Below are positions 16,869-26,038 of a stretch of 64,000 nucleotides of DNA, piece by piece. Both the position numbers and the translations under genes were made by a program. The notes under the pieces were generated by a model, which saw only the letters and a list, made by a program, of their open reading frames with translations, did no database searches and was not told the origin of the DNA. The stretch's first letter is position 1; each line of letters opens with the position of its first letter. This stretch comes from Gammaproteobacteria bacterium (lineage in GTDB: Bacteria; Pseudomonadota; Gammaproteobacteria; SZUA-229), in NCBI GenBank assembly GCA_029287435.1, contig JARFRD010000022.1:433-64432 (forward strand), given 5' to 3'.

Positions 16869-18223
16869 TGAATTCACTGCAACTGAGGTTGGTGGCTGGC
16901 CTCGTGGTCAGCCTGCTGGCCCTGTTTGCGCTGCTCGCGCTGCTGGCCGCTCCGGCGATCCGCAACCTAGCTGAAAACAACATGGCGAGCCGCCTGCAGC
17001 ATGACAGTGAAACACTGCTCGCGCTACTGCAGGTCAGCGGGGATGGTGATATCAAACTCGACCGGAGTGCGGTATCACAGGTCTACACTCGTCCTTATTC
17101 CGGGCATTATTTCCAGATACAAAGCGACGTAAAGCAGATCACTTCACGTTCATTATGGGATTCCCGGCTGTCGGTGCCAGGGCAGGTGCAGGCGTCTGAC
17201 GTGCTGCATGCAACAGGACCCCTGGACCAACCACTGCTGATGGCGGTGCACGATTACCGTAAAAACAGTATACCGGTGCAAGTAATCGTTGCTGAGGATC
17301 TCACCGCACTGGAGTCGGACATTCAGCAATTCAAACAGCGATTTGCACTGATTGCCGGCATGCTGCTGATCATCCTGGTGGTTATCCAGGTGCTGATTAT
17401 TCGTGGCGGTCTGCAGCCACTGAAGCGGCTGCGCCAGGAGCTGCGGCAGCTCGAGTCAGGTGAACTGGTGCGGCTGTCAGAAAAGGCGCCAGCGGAAATC
17501 CAGCCGATGATCCTGGAGATTAATCGGCTGATTGATGTCCTCGGCAAGCGTTTGCAGAGGTCACGCAATGCCCTCGGTGATCTTGCGCATGCATTGAAAA
17601 GGCCATTGACGGTATTGACCCGGCTGAGCGAGGAGACGGAAGTAGAAAAAGTGCCCGGACTGCAGAACAGCCTGCAGCGGCAGCTGCAATCAATGCGCAC
17701 GACCACTGACCATATTCTCAAGCGTGCACGGCTCGCCGGGGAGAGCCCGGTTGGTCCGGGATATGATGTGGTATCCGAGATCAATTCCCTGGTCGACACG
17801 CTGCAGAAAATGTACCCGCAGAGGAATCGCAAGATTGAAACCGATATTGGCGCAGGACTGCGTAGTCCACTCGACCGCGAGGACTTCCTTGAACTGCTCG
17901 GCAACCTGCTGGATAACGCTTTCAAGTGGGCTACTGGAACGATTCGGCTGGTAGTAAGGGGTGATGATTCCGTACTCAGGATCAGGGTGGAAGATGATGG
18001 GCCCGGTATTGCCGAGGATATGCTCGCCACACTGCGCCGGCGTGGCAGCCGGGCTGATGAGCAGGTCGACGGTCACGGGCTTGGGCTGGCTATCGTCCAT
18101 GACATTACGGATCTATATGGAGGCAGCCTGGAGCTTGGTCGCTCGGAGACTCTCGGCGGCCTGGCCGTAGAGGTCGTTCTCAATATTCATGAGAAGAGGA
18201 TATCAAGTACTCTGACCCCTTGA
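16868..18223 (+). CDS. sensor histidine kinase
   Basis: Two TM helices, a HisKA H-box (LGDLAHALKRPLT) and HATPase motifs (LGNLLDNAFKW, DDGPGI, GHGLGLAI). The last 8 codons and the stop lie in repeat A. Confidence 0.85.
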   Translation: MNSLQLRLVAGLVVSLLALFALLALLAAPAIRNLAENNMASRLQHDSETLLALLQVSGDGDIKLDRSAVSQVYTRPYSGHYFQIQSDVKQITSRSLWDSRLSVPGQVQASDVLHATGPLDQPLLMAVHDYRKNSIPVQVIVAEDLTALESDIQQFKQRFALIAGMLLIILVVIQVLIIRGGLQPLKRLRQELRQLESGELVRLSEKAPAEIQPMILEINRLIDVLGKRLQRSRNALGDLAHALKRPLTVLTRLSEETEVEKVPGLQNSLQRQLQSMRTTTDHILKRARLAGESPVGPGYDVVSEINSLVDTLQKMYPQRNRKIETDIGAGLRSPLDREDFLELLGNLLDNAFKWATGTIRLVVRGDDSVLRIRVEDDGPGIAEDMLATLRRRGSRADEQVDGHGLGLAIVHDITDLYGGSLELGRSETLGGLAVEVVLNIHEKRISSTLTP

Positions 18224-18240
18224 TTCGGACCCCTTGATTC
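18201..18240 (-). repeat. family-A intergenic repeat carrying the stop codons of two convergent genes
   Basis: The plus strand reads ATCAAGTACTCTGACCCCTTGATTCGGACCCCTTGATTC. TGA 18221-18223 ends the kinase gene and TCA 18203-18205 ends the minus-strand gene. Confidence 0.9.
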
Positions 18241-20374
18241 GCCGTAGATCAAGGCAGTAGTCACTAACGGCCTCGTCAGGCGGGTTGACGGCGTCAGGTG
18301 TCTGCTCAGGCGTGATTTCCTCGACCACGAAGCGCTCGGCGATGCGCCTTCGTGTTTCATCAAGATCTTCAGGCAGGCCGTCATAGGGTTCGCCTTCGGG
18401 CTGCCAGTCGTGCAGGGTGCAGCGCAGCCCGTTTCCGCCAGCGGGCGGCAGCAGGTAGAGCACGATTGGTGTTTGCGCGTCGAGTCCCGGGTGCAGGCCC
18501 ACCCAGGGTGTGAATGCTCTATAGCGCAGGCCGGTGATCAACACAGCGCCGCTTTCGTCCCGTTCACAGCGCAGCGGCACACGGTAGTTGCCTGCCAGTA
18601 GTCGCCAGCCATCGAGGTCCGCTTCATGCTCGCCGCAGCTCCGCAGCGTCAGTTGCAGGCGTCGGGTGCTGGCATCGACCAGCCGTGAACCACCTTCCTG
18701 TTCGGCAGCGTCGCCCAGCAGTGGCCAGAATTCTATTGCCAGGTCGACATCGAGGCGACAGCCCGCCAGCTCGGCATCACCGACATGTCGCCAGTTGTCG
18801 GCGCAGAGCCGCCGCGTGATCGGTTCGCCCAGACCGAGGCCGGCGTGTTGCAGATCATCAAATACGGTGTGCAGGTCCTGCAGCAGGTAGAACGGCAGTG
18901 AGAAGCGATCGTGTAGCTGGCTGCCCCATTCGATGAGGTCATGCTGTAGTTCCTGTCGGGACAGCATCACCGCCAGTGCGCGCAGCATCGCGGCGATGGC
19001 AGCCGCTGATTCCGCATCCATTGCCATGCGAAAGGCGCGGAATTCGACCAGGCCGAGACAGCCACGGCCAGGCAGATACGGGTTCCACAGCTTTTCGATG
19101 TTGATCTCGCTGCGATGAGCGTTGCCCGAGGTGTCGACCAGGAAAGGGCTCAGGCTGCGCCAGATGAATTCGGGTGCAGGCGCGGTGGTGGCAGCCAGCT
19201 GCTGCAACGCGACCTGCAGTTCGCTGAAGGATTCGCGCACATTCTCATCGGTACGCGGGGACTGGCTGTGGCTGCCGACGTATACCGGCGCGAACCAGTA
19301 CGATAATGACGGGTGATGATTCTGATACACGATCAGGCGTGACAGCAATTGCGGCGCGACGAAGAACGGACTGTGTTCACTATCGGGACCGCCGAGCGTG
19401 AACTGCCCGCCACCACCACTTTCCGAAATGTCGCCGTTATAGTTCAGGCGGTAGGGCGCCAGACCGCATGACTGCACCACATCGAACAGCTCGCGGCTCA
19501 TGTCGAGGAAGCCACTGATACTGGCGGCCGGCGCTTCATTGATTTCCAGCACTGCCGGGTCTGGCGTCAGCGTCATCCATGCGACGTTTGCATCCACCGG
19601 CGGTGGAAAACCTCGCCATAGCAGGCTGCTGAGTCCGGCGGCGCTGGCGGCGATGGCGACACGCTGCACGAAGTTGGTGAACAGTTCGACATCGGCGAAG
19701 CCCGGCAGCTCGATACAGGGCTGCAGGCTGTTTTCCGGCCCGCTCGCCGCACAGCCGATAGCAACCAGGTAGAGGCCGTCGGCGGCCAGCTCGTCTTCCA
19801 GACCTTCGGGCGGGATCGGCTGCGACTGCACTGGTGCGCGCAACAGGCGCGGCTCCGCCTGCGGGTCAACGCTTGGCTGCTGGGCATCTGCAGTAAACAG
19901 GATGCGCAGGCCCATTTCGGCGTCGGCCTGGAAAGCGGTGGCAGTCAGGCCGTTGCCGTTGAGCTGATCGGCCAGCGACTGCCAGAACGCGGTGATGTGC
20001 TGCTTTTCGCAAGCACATGCCTCGCTCAGCGGATCGGTCGGCAGATTGTCGGCCAGCGAGCGGCCGTCACGACGCCAGTACAGGCCCAGGCTCCAGCGCG
20101 GCTGTGATTCGCCTGCATACTGGCGTCCGAGGGTGCGCAGGATAATGGATCCGGGATGACGGTCGCGCAGTTGCCTGATGATGCGGCAGGCGTAATCCTG
20201 CTTGCTCTCGCCCAGCGCCTCGCTGAGCCATTCGGGCGTTTCGGAGTGTCGATTGGTGAAGGTCGGTTCCGCGCCTATCCAGACATCGATTCCACTGGCG
20301 GCCACGGCTTCATCGTGAGCGCGAATCGCCGCGTCAAAACTGTTATTGTCAGATTCCACGTAGCAAATCCGCAA
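18203..20374 (-). CDS. DUF2126-like (transglutaminase-associated, putative amidoligase-like) protein
   Basis: 723 aa. DVWIGAEPTFTN near the N-terminus matches what I recall of DUF2126. TTG start. No N-terminal transglutaminase domain. Confidence 0.5.
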   Translation of the reverse strand: MRICYVESDNNSFDAAIRAHDEAVAASGIDVWIGAEPTFTNRHSETPEWLSEALGESKQDYACRIIRQLRDRHPGSIILRTLGRQYAGESQPRWSLGLYWRRDGRSLADNLPTDPLSEACACEKQHITAFWQSLADQLNGNGLTATAFQADAEMGLRILFTADAQQPSVDPQAEPRLLRAPVQSQPIPPEGLEDELAADGLYLVAIGCAASGPENSLQPCIELPGFADVELFTNFVQRVAIAASAAGLSSLLWRGFPPPVDANVAWMTLTPDPAVLEINEAPAASISGFLDMSRELFDVVQSCGLAPYRLNYNGDISESGGGGQFTLGGPDSEHSPFFVAPQLLSRLIVYQNHHPSLSYWFAPVYVGSHSQSPRTDENVRESFSELQVALQQLAATTAPAPEFIWRSLSPFLVDTSGNAHRSEINIEKLWNPYLPGRGCLGLVEFRAFRMAMDAESAAAIAAMLRALAVMLSRQELQHDLIEWGSQLHDRFSLPFYLLQDLHTVFDDLQHAGLGLGEPITRRLCADNWRHVGDAELAGCRLDVDLAIEFWPLLGDAAEQEGGSRLVDASTRRLQLTLRSCGEHEADLDGWRLLAGNYRVPLRCERDESGAVLITGLRYRAFTPWVGLHPGLDAQTPIVLYLLPPAGGNGLRCTLHDWQPEGEPYDGLPEDLDETRRRIAERFVVEEITPEQTPDAVNPPDEAVSDYCLDLRRIKGSESRGQST

Positions 20375-20476
20375 GGCTGTCCCAAGTCGTTGACCATTAT
20401 GCCAGTGTTAAGCCGGTTTGCGAAAGTGTTATAGTCGCTGTACAAAACAACCGCTCTTACCCCTGGTATCAGTATT

Positions 20477-21340
20477 ATGCGACGACTTCAGATCCGTCAC
20501 CTGACACGCTACCAGTATGCTGAAACCGTCAAGCTGCTGCCGCATACCCTGCATCTGCGGCCACGCGACGGCCACGACATACGGGTGCAATCCTCGAAGC
20601 TGGATATCAGCCCGGAGTTTCATATCCACTGGAAGCGCGATGTCTATGGCAACTCAGTCGCGCTCGTTGACTTCCTGCAAACTGCAAAAGAACTCACCAT
20701 CGCCAGCGAAGTCATGGTGGAAAACTATGAAGAACAACCACTGGATTTTGTGCTGGAAGATTATGCCCGCTCATTCCCGTTCGACTACGATCCCGGGGAA
20801 CAGATCGACCTCGCACCGTACAAAAGCCCGATCTATGAACAGGACCAGGAAATGGTGAATGAATGGTTGGCAGATCTGTGTAATCCGGCGAACAGGGTCG
20901 ATACCATCACCATGCTGACCACGCTGAATACGAATATCGCCAACGGCCTTCGCTACATGGTGCGTGAAGAACCCGGCGTGCAACCACCGTCGCAGACCCT
21001 GTCATCGGGCACGGGCTCATGCCGGGACTTCGCCACGCTGTTCATCGAAAGCTGTCGTCATTGCGGTCTCGCCAGCCGCTTCATCAGCGGTTACGTGTGC
21101 AATGAAAGCGTGGATCCCTGGAGTACTGCAACCCATGCCTGGGCGGAAGTCTATCTGCCGGGTTCCGGCTGGCGTGGTTTCGATCCGACTAGCGGCCAGT
21201 TGGTCAGCGGCGAGCACATCGCGGTGGCAGTGCATCGTCACCCGGAAGCCATACCACCGGTATCAGGATCATTCGTCGGCACGGGAAATGCGCAGCCAAT
21301 ACTTACCGTGGAGGTCAATGTTGCACCTGTTGCGGAGTAA
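20477..21340 (+). CDS. transglutaminase-family protein
   Basis: Bact_transglu_N-like start (MRRLQIRHLTRYQY) and catalytic core GTGSCRDFA...HAWAEVYLPGSGWRGFDPT. Confidence 0.9.
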   Translation: MRRLQIRHLTRYQYAETVKLLPHTLHLRPRDGHDIRVQSSKLDISPEFHIHWKRDVYGNSVALVDFLQTAKELTIASEVMVENYEEQPLDFVLEDYARSFPFDYDPGEQIDLAPYKSPIYEQDQEMVNEWLADLCNPANRVDTITMLTTLNTNIANGLRYMVREEPGVQPPSQTLSSGTGSCRDFATLFIESCRHCGLASRFISGYVCNESVDPWSTATHAWAEVYLPGSGWRGFDPTSGQLVSGEHIAVAVHRHPEAIPPVSGSFVGTGNAQPILTVEVNVAPVAE

Positions 21341-21461
21341 TAATGAAAGGAAGGCAAACAAAATAAAAAAACCAGCAAAGGCTGGCAGGCCATCGAAGGT
21401 AGGTTAATCAAGGTTAATTGCGGCCTGTCTCTTATAAATCTAACTCTCCGATTCCTTTTAA

Positions 21462-22601
21462 CTAGAGATCCTTAACCGTCTCCTCAATCAGCATATCTAC
21501 GACGGCATGTAATGCCTCTATTGGGGCTTTGCCTGCTGCACAGGCTTGCTCATAGGTTTTGATTTGTTTATGTGCACTGGTACCGTGTTTGGTAATGTCG
21601 AGGGCCTGCTCCAGTTCCTTTTCACAGCCCAGTTGCTCGGCATCGCGATAGACGTTTTCCACGATACTGGACAACCAGTCATTCACCGGTATGATTTTTT
21701 CACTTTCAAGGTCAAGCAGTCCCTCGTCAACACCATAGCGAATGGCGCGCCAGCGGTTTTGGTCAACCAGAAAACGGGAATACACCGGGACGGTTTTGTG
21801 CTCGCGCTTCATACGATAGAGATGATGGAGTATTGATTGCGTCAAGGCGGCAAGGCTGATGGCATCATCGAGGCGGGTGCACATATCGGCAATGCGGCAT
21901 TCCAGTGTGGGGTAGCGCGCGCTGATGCGCATGTCCCACCAGATAAACGTGGGATCCTCTATCACTTCTGCATCTTGCAGAATCGTCATGTGTTGTTGAT
22001 AGTCGGCATAATCCTTGAACTGTTCCGGCAGCCCGGTGCGCGGAAAGTTATCAAACACGGTCAGGCGAAAGGATTTCAGGCCGGTATTCTCGGCTTGCCA
22101 GAACGGTGACGAGGTGCTTAAAGATAACAGCAGCGGCAGAAACTGGCTGAATTGATTGAGCAGTTCAAGCCTGAGTTCATCATCCTCGATACCGACGTGG
22201 ACATGTGTCCCGCAGATCAGCATGCGCCGGGCAATGGTTTGCATATCACGAAACAGGGAGTGATAGCGTTGCTTGTTTGTCGAGCGTTGTGCATGCCATT
22301 CTGCAAAGGGATGGGTAGAGGCGGCGATCGGTGCAATGTTGTATTGACGGCTGACGTCATGGGCAAGTTTGCGTAACTGGGCCAGTTCCTGGCGTGCTTC
22401 GGCGACCGTTTCACATACCCGTGTTTCCGTTTCGATCTGCGAGCGCAGTAACTCGTGATCCACCGCTCCATGTTCCGCCCGCTTGGCGCATTGCTCGAAG
22501 ATTTCCCGTGGCGGATCATTGACCACATCACGCGTGTCACGATCGACCAGCAGGTATTCTTCCTCGATGCCGAGAGTGAATGTTGGCTCAGGCGCTGTCA
22601 T
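21462..22601 (-). CDS. carboxylate-amine ligase (GCS2 / YbdK family)
   Basis: FTLGIEEEYLLVD start motif. Start set to ATG 22601, which overlaps the upstream stop (ATGA). Confidence 0.85.
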   Translation of the reverse strand: MTAPEPTFTLGIEEEYLLVDRDTRDVVNDPPREIFEQCAKRAEHGAVDHELLRSQIETETRVCETVAEARQELAQLRKLAHDVSRQYNIAPIAASTHPFAEWHAQRSTNKQRYHSLFRDMQTIARRMLICGTHVHVGIEDDELRLELLNQFSQFLPLLLSLSTSSPFWQAENTGLKSFRLTVFDNFPRTGLPEQFKDYADYQQHMTILQDAEVIEDPTFIWWDMRISARYPTLECRIADMCTRLDDAISLAALTQSILHHLYRMKREHKTVPVYSRFLVDQNRWRAIRYGVDEGLLDLESEKIIPVNDWLSSIVENVYRDAEQLGCEKELEQALDITKHGTSAHKQIKTYEQACAAGKAPIEALHAVVDMLIEETVKDL

Positions 22602-23434
22602 ACGGCATCCCACACCCGGTACAAATCCGGCTCGGCCAGGATCTCGGTCAATGCCTCGGCCAGGATGGTGGCCCATTTTTCTGCCCCTTCCTCGCTATTG
22701 ACCAGGTCCTGGCGCACCTCGATCGAGATATGCGGCAGGCCGGCTGCCTCGGCATGATGATCGATGGTGTAATCGGCAGGATGCTTGCCTGAATACGGTT
22801 CGTTGTCGCCGACATTGATGTCTTCAGGATGGGCGCGTAAGCGCTGCAGCAACGGCAGTGGAATGCGGGGATCCTTGTCCCACAACAGGCCAATATGCCA
22901 GGGACGTTCAAATCCGGCCATCTGCGGGGTGAAGCTGTGTATGGCAATCAGCGCCGGGACGATGCCACGCTGACGAAAACCCTGCAGCGCATGATCGATC
23001 GCCGCGCGGTACGGGGTATAAAAGGAATGGATGCGCCGATTACGATCCTCCGCGGATAAACCCTGGTTGCCGGGAATCGGGATATTGTCACTGACCTCCG
23101 GCATTACGCTCGGGTCCTCGAGACTGCGATTGAGATCGATCACCAGGCGCGAATAAGCCGCCATCACCGCCGGGGCATCGAGATGATCAACCAGGTGGGT
23201 CAGCAGTTTACGGGTGCCGATGTCGTAGGCGACATGTTGCTGCAGCACCCAGTCCTCCAGCCCCAGCTGCTCAAGTGACCGGGGAATGCGATTGCTGACA
23301 TGATCGCCGACCAGCAGGACCTTCGCCTGCCCCTGCTCATTCAGGGTACTGAAGGCAGCTGGTTCATCAGCGGCGATGAGGCTTTCAAGCTCGTGCTGTG
23401 GGTCTGATGTAGATGTCATCTTGCTGTGCGCCAT
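22598..23434 (-). CDS. N-formylglutamate amidohydrolase-family protein
   Basis: 278 aa. LLVGDHVSNRIP...AIHSFTP motifs of the FGase family. Confidence 0.7.
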   Translation of the reverse strand: MAHSKMTSTSDPQHELESLIAADEPAAFSTLNEQGQAKVLLVGDHVSNRIPRSLEQLGLEDWVLQQHVAYDIGTRKLLTHLVDHLDAPAVMAAYSRLVIDLNRSLEDPSVMPEVSDNIPIPGNQGLSAEDRNRRIHSFYTPYRAAIDHALQGFRQRGIVPALIAIHSFTPQMAGFERPWHIGLLWDKDPRIPLPLLQRLRAHPEDINVGDNEPYSGKHPADYTIDHHAEAAGLPHISIEVRQDLVNSEEGAEKWATILAEALTEILAEPDLYRVWDAV

Positions 23435-23523
23435 AAAAATGGATTAGGAAACAATTGTTATAATATAACGCGGAATGAATATTAGCGTTAATTCCTCTCT
23501 GGCCCCTTATTACCCTTAATACC

Positions 23524-23564
23524 GAGATCGACAAGCAGACAGGCTTTGTGCGTATTCAAATCCT
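23524..23564 (+). pseudogene. 41-bp fragment homologous to the ABM monooxygenase gene at 28087
   Basis: GAGATCGACAAGCAGACAGGCTTTGTGCGTATTCAAATCCT versus CAGATCGACAAGCAGTCTGGTTTTGTGCGTATGCAAATCCT (28168-28208). It encodes EIDKQTGFVRIQIL and abuts repeat A. Confidence 0.4.
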
Positions 23565-23570
23565 TAGATT

Positions 23571-23594
23571 TCAAGTACTCTGTCCCCTTGATTC
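23571..23594 (-). repeat. family-A repeat (one mismatch)
   Basis: TCAAGTACTCTGTCCCCTTGATTC. Confidence 0.75.
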
Positions 23595-23696
23595 ACAGGA
23601 ATTGAATAATGCTGATATATCTCTATGTATGCCTTTATGAGCATAGCTAGAGCACAATAACCAACCAAGAGAAACATCACCAAGGAGAGAAATACA

Positions 23697-24971
23697 ATGA
23701 AACTGGAATCTCTGGCACTGCACCATGGCTATAAATCTGAACCGACCACCAATGCGGCTGCGGTACCGATCTACCAGACAACATCCTATACCTTTGATGA
23801 TACACAGCATGGCGCAGACCTGTTTGATTTGAAAGTGCCTGGCAATATCTACACACGTATCATGAACCCGACCACGGATGTGCTTGAGCAGCGCCTGGCT
23901 GAAATGGAGGGGGGTATCGGGTCGCTGGTGGTGGCCTCTGGCATGGCGGCAATCACCTACGCCATTCAGTGTATTACCAGCAGTGGTGACAACATCATCA
24001 GTACCAGCCAGCTGTATGGCGGCACCTACAACCTGTTCGCCCACACCTTTCCACGCCAGGGCATTGATGTACGCATGGCATCTTTTGATGATTACGATGG
24101 CATGGAGAGTCTTATCGATGATCGAACGCGTGCCGTATTCTGTGAGTCGATCGGAAACCCGGCCGGGAATATCGTCGATCTCGAACGCCTGGCCGATATC
24201 GCGCACCGTCACGGTGTGCCACTGATCGTTGACAACACCGTTGCCACGCCCTACCTGTGCCGGCCATTTGATCACGGTGCAGATATCGTCATTCATTCAC
24301 TGACCAAGTATATCGGCGGTCATGGGACAACGATTGGCGGCGTCATCATTGATTCAGGAAAGTTTGACTGGGTAGCGAATAAGGAACGTTTTCCAATGCT
24401 TAACGAGCCCGATCCTTCCTACCACGGCGTCGTTTATACAGAAGCGCTGGGTCCTGCGGCGTACATAGGCCGGTGCCGGGTTGTTCCACTACGAAACACA
24501 GGTGCCGCACTGGCACCGCACAGTTCATTCCTGATTCTGCAGGGACTGGAGACCCTGGGCCTGCGCATTGAACGACATTGTGAGAATGCGCAGGCTGTCG
24601 CTGAATACCTTAGCAAGCATCCACAGGTTGAATGGGTACGCTACGCAGGATTGCCTGACAGCGAGTATCATGAAACCTGTCAAAAGATCACGGCTGGCAG
24701 GGCCTCGGGCATCCTCAGCTTCGGTATTAAAGGCGGTGCGGAAGCGGGTGCACGCTTCATTGATGCCCTGCAGATGATCCTGCGCCTGGTGAATATCGGT
24801 GATGCGAAATCACTGGCTTGCCATCCTGCTACCACAACACACCGCCAGCTTGGACCGGATGAACTGGCTAAAGCAGGTGTCTCTGAAGACATGGTCAGAC
24901 TCTCAATAGGTATCGAACATATTGACGATATCATTGCTGACATCGAGCAGGCACTGGAAGCTTCTGCGTGA
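23697..24971 (+). CDS. metY: O-acetylhomoserine sulfhydrylase (PLP-dependent)
   Basis: 424 aa. LALHHGY...PIYQTTSYTF...HSLTKYIGGHG (PLP lysine motif). Confidence 0.9.
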   Translation: MKLESLALHHGYKSEPTTNAAAVPIYQTTSYTFDDTQHGADLFDLKVPGNIYTRIMNPTTDVLEQRLAEMEGGIGSLVVASGMAAITYAIQCITSSGDNIISTSQLYGGTYNLFAHTFPRQGIDVRMASFDDYDGMESLIDDRTRAVFCESIGNPAGNIVDLERLADIAHRHGVPLIVDNTVATPYLCRPFDHGADIVIHSLTKYIGGHGTTIGGVIIDSGKFDWVANKERFPMLNEPDPSYHGVVYTEALGPAAYIGRCRVVPLRNTGAALAPHSSFLILQGLETLGLRIERHCENAQAVAEYLSKHPQVEWVRYAGLPDSEYHETCQKITAGRASGILSFGIKGGAEAGARFIDALQMILRLVNIGDAKSLACHPATTTHRQLGPDELAKAGVSEDMVRLSIGIEHIDDIIADIEQALEASA

Positions 24972-24988
24972 AGATCAAGTTCTGCTTT

Positions 24989-25030
24989 AAAGGGATCGGA
25001 GTGATTTAATTTTTAATCACTCCGACCCTT
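24989..25030. repeat. family-B hairpin repeat
   Basis: AAAGGGATCGGAGTGATTTAATTTTTAATCACTCCGACCCTT, 18 nt after the metY stop. Confidence 0.9.
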
Positions 25031-25052
25031 CAATCAGTTAGTCTTCAATCAG

Positions 25053-25373
25053 TTAGTCTTCGTCGTCAGCGATCACCTCAGGGTCCCAGCCCCTGGCTTT
25101 GGCCTGGGTGATGGCCTCGTCATAGATGGCTTTATGTCGTGCGCGTAAGTCTTCGGGTAATCTGCTCACCATACAGCCGTATTTGTCCCATTCATCATTG
25201 ACCTGCTGGTGTATAGCGTCGATGCGGGAGATCTCCCAGCCTTCACAGGTTTCTGTTTCCGGGAGTATTCCGAATACCCAGGCATCGCGGATTATTTTTC
25301 CGATCATGGTCATGCCGCCGTTGATATCATGGTCTAATCCGGCGTAGGTTTTGGGTGCATGCAGTCGTATCAT
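25053..25373 (-). CDS. hypothetical protein
   Basis: 106-aa ORF with an acidic C-terminus. No family recognised. Start uncertain. Confidence 0.4.
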   Translation of the reverse strand: MIRLHAPKTYAGLDHDINGGMTMIGKIIRDAWVFGILPETETCEGWEISRIDAIHQQVNDEWDKYGCMVSRLPEDLRARHKAIYDEAITQAKARGWDPEVIADDED

Positions 25374-25413
25374 CTGGTTGTTTTTCCTGTAAGTTATAGA
25401 AAAAGCGAGCTAA

Positions 25414-25455
25414 AAATAGGGGACAGACCTCAATTAAATGGACCTCAATTAAATG
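25414..25455 (+). repeat. family-C repeat with duplicated tail
   Basis: AAATAGGGGACAGACCTCAATTAAATGGACCTCAATTAAATG. Confidence 0.8.
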
Positions 25456-25741
25456 TATCTTAAATGTATCTTTTTTTAAATGTATCTTTTTATTCGGATA
25501 TCAGGGAACAGCGTGAGCGGATACAGAATTCGATTCATTACAGGGTTTGAAAAATACAAAATGCCCCCACATCTATTGTTATCGTCTATGCTTGTAAAGA
25601 TGAGTGAGACGATAAAGGTTTGCATTTCATAATGGTTTTCAAGAAGTCCAGAAGTAACCCCGGTTCCATCCCGAATTTCCTGTTTTACCTCTCGTGTTTT
25701 GCATTTATTAACTAAGTAATTATTATAAAGAGGTATGTATC

Positions 25742-25939
25742 ATGAATGGTACCGTTAAATGGTTTAACGACTCCAAGGGGTTTGGCTTTATTACTCCAGA
25801 CGATGGCAGCAGGGACGTGTTCGTGCATTTTTCTGTCATCCAGGCCGAAGGCTATAAGAGCCTGGCGGAAGGAAAGCAGGTCGAATATGATGTTGAAAAT
25901 GGTCCTAAAGGTCCACAGGCCAAACGCGTTACTTTCTAG
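25742..25939 (+). CDS. cold-shock protein (CspA family)
   Basis: [19 protein letters not shown]...VFVHFS (RNP1/RNP2 motifs). Confidence 0.95.
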   Translation: MNGTVKWFNDSKGFGFITPDDGSRDVFVHFSVIQAEGYKSLAEGKQVEYDVENGPKGPQAKRVTF

Positions 25940-26038
25940 ATTGATTTCTGGAATTACACGGCTCATGCCGTCTGGGGAGCAACCGGCGGTGAGTGCTGCC
26001 GGTTCTTCACCGTTTCAATTTTTACAAAAGGCAGCACT

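Noticed and set aside
23595-23696. Riboswitch (SAM/S-box type) upstream of metY
   Set aside because: The leader is only ~100 nt and AT-rich. I could not find the conserved helices or motifs. cmsearch would be needed to be certain.
23571-24296. 241-aa ORF antisense to metY
   Set aside because: It lies entirely inside a confidently identified metY gene and ends in repeat-encoded SRGQST. It is a typical shadow ORF. The same reasoning applies to 352-960, 17323-18030, 30410-31222, 32865-33329 and 6942-7553.
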